Assembly (NCBI GenBank): GCA_049472315.1
Contig: JBLIRN010000084.1
Coordinates: 1-10,130, forward strand
Direction of reading: 5' to 3'
DNA length: 10,130 nucleotides
From: a bacterium
Lineage (GTDB): Bacteria > SZUA-182 > DTGQ01 > JAFGSM01
The notes under the pieces: model-generated
The model's database searches: none
The model's input: the letters and a program-made list of their open reading frames with translations, nothing else
What the model was told of the DNA's origin: nothing
Shown: positions 5,638 to 10,130 of the stretch, piece after piece
Layout of the letters: each line of letters begins with the position of its first letter
Position numbering within the stretch: position 1 is the stretch's first letter
Position numbers and translations under genes: made by a program

Positions 5638-6483
5638 ATGTGGTTTAGCAAAAAAAAGAAATTACAGCAGACATACGAAGATAAGAAGCTTCAGATCCCG
5701 GAAGGACTGTGGATGCGCTGCAAGAGCTGTAAAGAGATCATCTACACCAAGGAGATTGAGCGTAATTACGATATCTGCCCCAAATGCGAGTACCATTTTC
5801 CCATATCCGTCGAGAAAAGGCTCAATAAGCTTTACGACCATGGGAAATACGTGGAATTCGATACAGGGATACTCCCTGATGATCCCCTCAAATTCAAGGA
5901 CAAGAAGAAGTATAAGGAACGGTTGAAGGAATACCGTGAAAAAACAGGCCGTGCCGATGCGGTCGTCAACACCCAGGGATATATCGGAGGGCACTTCGTC
6001 ACCATCTGCGCCATGGATTTCAACTTTATGGGGGGAAGCATGGGTTCGGTGGTCGGAGAAAAGATCGTGCGGGGGATCGAAAAGTCGATTCAGGATCGTG
6101 CCCCGTTTCTCACCGTTGCTGCATCGGGCGGTGCTCGCATGCAGGAAGGCATGATATCCCTCATGCAGATGGCGAAGACCAGTGCCGCCCTTACCAGGCT
6201 TGCCGATGCCAGGCTCCCCTATGTTTCCGTGCTCACCGATCCCACCACCGGAGGCGTCACGGCCAGCTTTGCCATGCTCGGAGACATTATCATTGCCGAG
6301 CCGAGGTCATTGGTAGGGTTTGCCGGTCCGCGGGTCATAGAGCAGACCATCGGCCAGCAACTTCCCGAGGGCTTCCAAACCGCAGAATTTCTTCTCGAAC
6401 ACGGCATGATCGATATCATTTGCAGCCGGAAGGAAATGAAGCGGACACTGATCAGGCTATTTGATTTCTTCATCCAGAAATGA
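5638..6483 (+). CDS. accD: Acetyl-CoA carboxylase carboxyltransferase beta subunit
   Basis: PEGLWMRCKSC...CPKCEYHF zinc finger, DFNFMGGSMGSVVGEKI, ASGGARMQEG, SLMQMAKTS, DPTTGGVTASFA, GFAGPRVIEQT, FQTAEFLLEHG; 281 aa. Confidence 0.98.
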   Translation: MWFSKKKKLQQTYEDKKLQIPEGLWMRCKSCKEIIYTKEIERNYDICPKCEYHFPISVEKRLNKLYDHGKYVEFDTGILPDDPLKFKDKKKYKERLKEYREKTGRADAVVNTQGYIGGHFVTICAMDFNFMGGSMGSVVGEKIVRGIEKSIQDRAPFLTVAASGGARMQEGMISLMQMAKTSAALTRLADARLPYVSVLTDPTTGGVTASFAMLGDIIIAEPRSLVGFAGPRVIEQTIGQQLPEGFQTAEFLLEHGMIDIICSRKEMKRTLIRLFDFFIQK

Positions 6484-7850
6484 CCCCTACCAATGCGCTT
6501 GATTATATCTATGATCTTCAGCGAATAGGCATCAAATTCGGGCTGGAGAACACCCTTCGCCTGCTCAAGTCCATGGGTAATCCTCACTTGGAGCTCAAGA
6601 CAATCCACACAGCCGGGACGAACGGTAAGGGTTCGACCGCCGCCATGGTGGCATCGATCCTCAAGGCAGCAGGGTACAGGGTGGGGTTGTATACCTCCCC
6701 TCATCTCATCAAGCTTTCCGAGCGAATCCAGATAAACGGGATGCCGATCCCGGAGCCGGATCTCCTCCATGAGGCGGACGAGATCCGGCGGACAATCGAG
6801 GGGCTCCATTTTGCCGAATCATATCCCACGTTCTTCGAAACGGTAACCTGTCTGGCCTTTTCCTACTTCGCTCGACAGGGGGTGGATATGGCCGTTGTAG
6901 AGGTCGGCATGGGGGGAAGGTGGGATGCCACCAATGTGTGTCAACCGCTGGTTTCGGTTATCACCAATGTTACGCTGGAGCATCAGGAGTATCTTGGCAC
7001 CACCATTGACGCCATTGCCCGGGAAAAGGCCGGGATCATCAAACCGGGCTGCCCGATCGTAACAGGAGCCAAGCATGAGGATGCCTTAAAGGTAATCAGG
7101 GAGCAGTCCGCCGCCCTGGGTGCACCTCTGTATCGAATATCCGAGATCTATTCCTGCGAGGAAGAACAGGGCGGTCGCACATCATCCCTTCCCCTTGCAG
7201 ATAATCCACTCGGGAATCTCCATATCAAGCGCGAAGGAAGGCCGTACCTCACCATCACCCCTGCCCTTCAGGGGCGGTTTCAAACCATGAACATCCTCCT
7301 TGCCATCGAGGTTGCCGAAAGGCTGAAGGCGTTGGGAGTGGACATCGATGAACGGGCGGTCACCGAAGGGATCAGAAAAACCGTATGGCCCGGCAGGCTG
7401 CAGAAGGTATCCCGTGATCCATGTCTATTGCTGGACGGCGCCCACAACCCGGATGCGGCAGAACGGCTTGCCGAGGTGATCCCATCCCAGTTTGACTATG
7501 AACGGCTCTTCCTGGTGCTTGGGATCTTAAAGGACAAGGACATCGCCGGCATCTGCCGAAGGCTCGTACCCCTCGCTGACCATGTGATTCTCACCTCGCC
7601 GGTTTCCGATCGTGCCGCATCAGCCGCTGAATTATACGATACCATTCAGGCCGACGGACTTGCAGAGGGAAGGGACATTGCCGTTTATCCACATCTTGCC
7701 GACGCACTTTCCCATGCCCGGGCGCATGCCGGCACAAAAGACCTCATCCTGGTCACCGGATCACTGTACACCATCGGTGAAGCCATGACCCTCTTGGGTG
7801 TAGAACCTTATCCGTCAGAGGCACACGAGGTGGCGCCTCATTCGATATGA
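6480..7850 (+). CDS. folC: Bifunctional folylpolyglutamate/dihydrofolate synthase
   Basis: AGTNGKGST P-loop, YTSPHL, ERIQING, TFFE, EVGMGGRWDATN, IAREKAGIIK, WPGRLQ, LDGAHNP, TGSLY. ATGA overlap with accD, matching the well-known accD-folC adjacency. Confidence 0.97.
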   Translation: MTPTNALDYIYDLQRIGIKFGLENTLRLLKSMGNPHLELKTIHTAGTNGKGSTAAMVASILKAAGYRVGLYTSPHLIKLSERIQINGMPIPEPDLLHEADEIRRTIEGLHFAESYPTFFETVTCLAFSYFARQGVDMAVVEVGMGGRWDATNVCQPLVSVITNVTLEHQEYLGTTIDAIAREKAGIIKPGCPIVTGAKHEDALKVIREQSAALGAPLYRISEIYSCEEEQGGRTSSLPLADNPLGNLHIKREGRPYLTITPALQGRFQTMNILLAIEVAERLKALGVDIDERAVTEGIRKTVWPGRLQKVSRDPCLLLDGAHNPDAAERLAEVIPSQFDYERLFLVLGILKDKDIAGICRRLVPLADHVILTSPVSDRAASAAELYDTIQADGLAEGRDIAVYPHLADALSHARAHAGTKDLILVTGSLYTIGEAMTLLGVEPYPSEAHEVAPHSI

Positions 7851-9937
7851 CCGGGCAGGCCTGTAATCGTAATCCGTCACCTCATGCCCCTGCTCGATGC
7901 CGCACTGCAGGTATTATCCGCCTCATGGGACCCTGGTTGAAATGCATGCTCGTTGCACCCCTCTCCGTTCTCCTCCTCGTCCCGATCCCCACCCCTGCAC
8001 AGGAGGGACCTGTCTACCTGACCGGCGAGAGGCTGGTATACGACATCCCATCGAACATGATCCTCATTGAGGGCGAGGTGGGCATGACCAGGGACGGACT
8101 TCGGATGGATGCCGACCGGATTGAATTGAATGTTACCACGGGGGATGGAAGGGCAGCCGGGGGCGTACACCTCTACCTTCCCCAGGGGGAGCGGGTAGAT
8201 ACGGAGGAAACGGCATTCAACATACAATCCGGACTGTGGCACGTAGATGAGGCCGATATGTGGCTGGAACCCTCGGGTCATATCCATTTCCTGGGTGCGG
8301 AAAAGGGAGACCCGAACAGCTTTACACTGAACCGCCTGCAATTCACCACCTGCCCGGGAAAGCAGCCTCCCTGGGTGATTCGGGGGACACAGGGGGAACT
8401 GAAACCGGGGAAATCCGTAAAGATACGACACCTCTCGCTATGGATCAAACGAATCCCGGTGTTTTATCTCCCTGTCGCCACCATTCCCATCAAGCAGACA
8501 GGGGGTACCGGCCTGGAATCACCAGAAGCGGGGCATTCCAGCAGGCATGGATACTTCCTTAAAAATCGTTTCACCTGGGCCCTTGCCAGAAACACCGAAG
8601 GCCGCCTCCTTTTCGATATCTTCACCCAGACCGGGATCGGACTCGGAGCCGGGTGGCAGCACTCCCCGGCAACCGATGGCGGAGGCTCCTCCGCAACATT
8701 CTATCTCCTCAGGGAGGACAGCCCCGAACGAATCCACGGAAACGGCGACCTCTTTCTGGACACAGGGAAAAAGCATCATACCCGTGGAGTGATCGATGTT
8801 CACTACCCATCGGAGAGGGATTACTATTACCGTTTCTCACTTGATTCCTACCTCAGAGACCTGAGGATCGGCGAATCACGGGCCTTTGTGACCACCCAGC
8901 AATACGGCCTTGATTGGGCGGCTTCCTGGGAGCACCTTCGCTCGCTCCATGACTTCCCCACATGCGACATCCACCAGGCACCCAAACTCTCCCTCCATCA
9001 CCGGTATGCATCTCTCCCCCTCACGTTGCCCTCTCTCACCCCTTTCTGGGGTCTGAATCTTTCCGCAATGCACCTGGAATGGGATGTGCCCGAAGGGAAT
9101 GATCATGCGCAACAGTACAGCATTGAACCCAGGATATGCATACAGGGTCCGGGAAATCCCTGGATGAACATGAGCTCCTGCCTCTCCAGCAGGCAGACCC
9201 TTTACGATTCCCCGGAGGATGAAGAGGAATGGTCGCATGCCCATGCCGCCTCCTTCACCCTTACCGGTCCCCGAATCTTTCGTGATTTTACCGGGGACAT
9301 TACCGAAGCGGACGGTGATCGGAAGGGTTTCAGGCATCTTGTCTATCCGCAGGTGGTCTATGAATATGAAACCCATGAGGGGACACCCCCTCCCGCGGTC
9401 ATGCAGTTCGACCCATGGCCTGAGGAAACGGAAAACGTGCATTTCATGATCGTCAACCGCATAGGACGCAGGGCCGGAAATGGTAGGGTCCCCCCTGTTC
9501 TTGACCTGGTCATTTCACATACCGTAATGCTCAAGGAAGAAAGGCAGTTGCTGGGGATCACGGCCGGGGCGATTCCTCATCCCCTCCTGCGTTTCGATGG
9601 GAGGGGTTATCTTGTCACCGAGGGTGGCGGCGACAAGGATATCGATGCGGTCTGCACCCTGGGCAGCGCTCAAAGGGGTGAAATATCCATAGGATGGCGC
9701 CATCTCAGTGACCTTCTATATGATGAAAGGCTCAATACCGCCCGACTTTTCCTTGCTTCTCCCGTGTGGAGGGGGTATCAGATCACTACGTCCCTTATCC
9801 GTGATTTTAAAACCAAAAGCCGGGTGGAAGAGGCATACTCCCTGCTTTACAACCATCCATGCCTAAGGGGAAGCGTCTCCTTCATCAATCGGATCGATGA
9901 GGACCTCATTCGCGCAAACCTGCATCTGGTCTTCTGA
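7847..9937 (+). CDS. lptD: LPS-assembly outer-membrane protein LptD (divergent)
   Basis: N-terminal LptA/OstA-like beta-jellyroll (LTGERLVYD, MDADRIELN), FTTCPGKQPPW, WIKRIPVFYLP, TGLESPEAGHSSRHG, amphipathic barrel strands, a C-terminal YNHPC Cys and a terminal Phe (ANLHLVF). ATGA overlap with folC; the true start could be the ATG at 7925. Confidence 0.85.
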   Translation: MTGQACNRNPSPHAPARCRTAGIIRLMGPWLKCMLVAPLSVLLLVPIPTPAQEGPVYLTGERLVYDIPSNMILIEGEVGMTRDGLRMDADRIELNVTTGDGRAAGGVHLYLPQGERVDTEETAFNIQSGLWHVDEADMWLEPSGHIHFLGAEKGDPNSFTLNRLQFTTCPGKQPPWVIRGTQGELKPGKSVKIRHLSLWIKRIPVFYLPVATIPIKQTGGTGLESPEAGHSSRHGYFLKNRFTWALARNTEGRLLFDIFTQTGIGLGAGWQHSPATDGGGSSATFYLLREDSPERIHGNGDLFLDTGKKHHTRGVIDVHYPSERDYYYRFSLDSYLRDLRIGESRAFVTTQQYGLDWAASWEHLRSLHDFPTCDIHQAPKLSLHHRYASLPLTLPSLTPFWGLNLSAMHLEWDVPEGNDHAQQYSIEPRICIQGPGNPWMNMSSCLSSRQTLYDSPEDEEEWSHAHAASFTLTGPRIFRDFTGDITEADGDRKGFRHLVYPQVVYEYETHEGTPPPAVMQFDPWPEETENVHFMIVNRIGRRAGNGRVPPVLDLVISHTVMLKEERQLLGITAGAIPHPLLRFDGRGYLVTEGGGDKDIDAVCTLGSAQRGEISIGWRHLSDLLYDERLNTARLFLASPVWRGYQITTSLIRDFKTKSRVEEAYSLLYNHPCLRGSVSFINRIDEDLIRANLHLVF

Positions 9938-10130
9938 CGAGGCAATTATCCCTGTGTACATCCCTTTTCATTCGGGCCGAGTTCCGAAGGGCTGCCAATG
10001 GATTATTCCGGCTGCACGCCGCAGATTTCAAAAGTTTTCAAGGCCCTCCGAGGGGCAGGGAATTAAATCCGAAGATATTATTATCACAATTCCTCTCATC
10101 CGGAAAGCTTAGTATGCTATCCAAAATCTG

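Noticed and set aside
9962..10060. Small hairpins after lptD (TTCGG…CCGAA; CCCT-CCG-AGGG) as terminators
   Set aside because: The stems are short and no U-tract follows directly.
1..10130. CRISPR array, tRNA/rRNA, riboswitch, IS element or integrase
   Set aside because: I recognised no regularly spaced repeats, cloverleaf, riboswitch consensus or transposase/recombinase motifs by eye. An Rfam/tRNAscan run would be needed to exclude them fully.

Overview
All six well-supported coding regions lie on the + strand, in three blocks. (1) 231-1495 is a DPM1-like GT2 glycosyltransferase that appears C-terminally truncated. It runs out of frame into a start-less ORF with an HGIGGGNY motif (possibly BshC-like), and the junction is followed by a 120-bp patch of about 17.5% GC. 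This looks like a disrupted or mosaic locus. (2) 1790-5367 holds two predicted secreted proteins, each with its own correctly spaced sigma-54 (-24/-12) promoter and a shared 13-bp upstream motif. One is an S8 subtilase with an atypical GTSWAAAH active-site motif and a 130-aa charge-poor tail. The other has an N-terminal jelly-roll-like domain plus three cadherin/Ig-like Ca-binding repeats. This pair is the best candidate for an undescribed, co-regulated extracellular system. (3) 5638-9937 is a housekeeping accD-folC-lptD operon with ATGA overlaps, downstream of a near-consensus sigma-70 promoter. No RNA genes, CRISPR arrays or mobile elements were recognised. Family calls come from reading motifs by eye; no searches were run.
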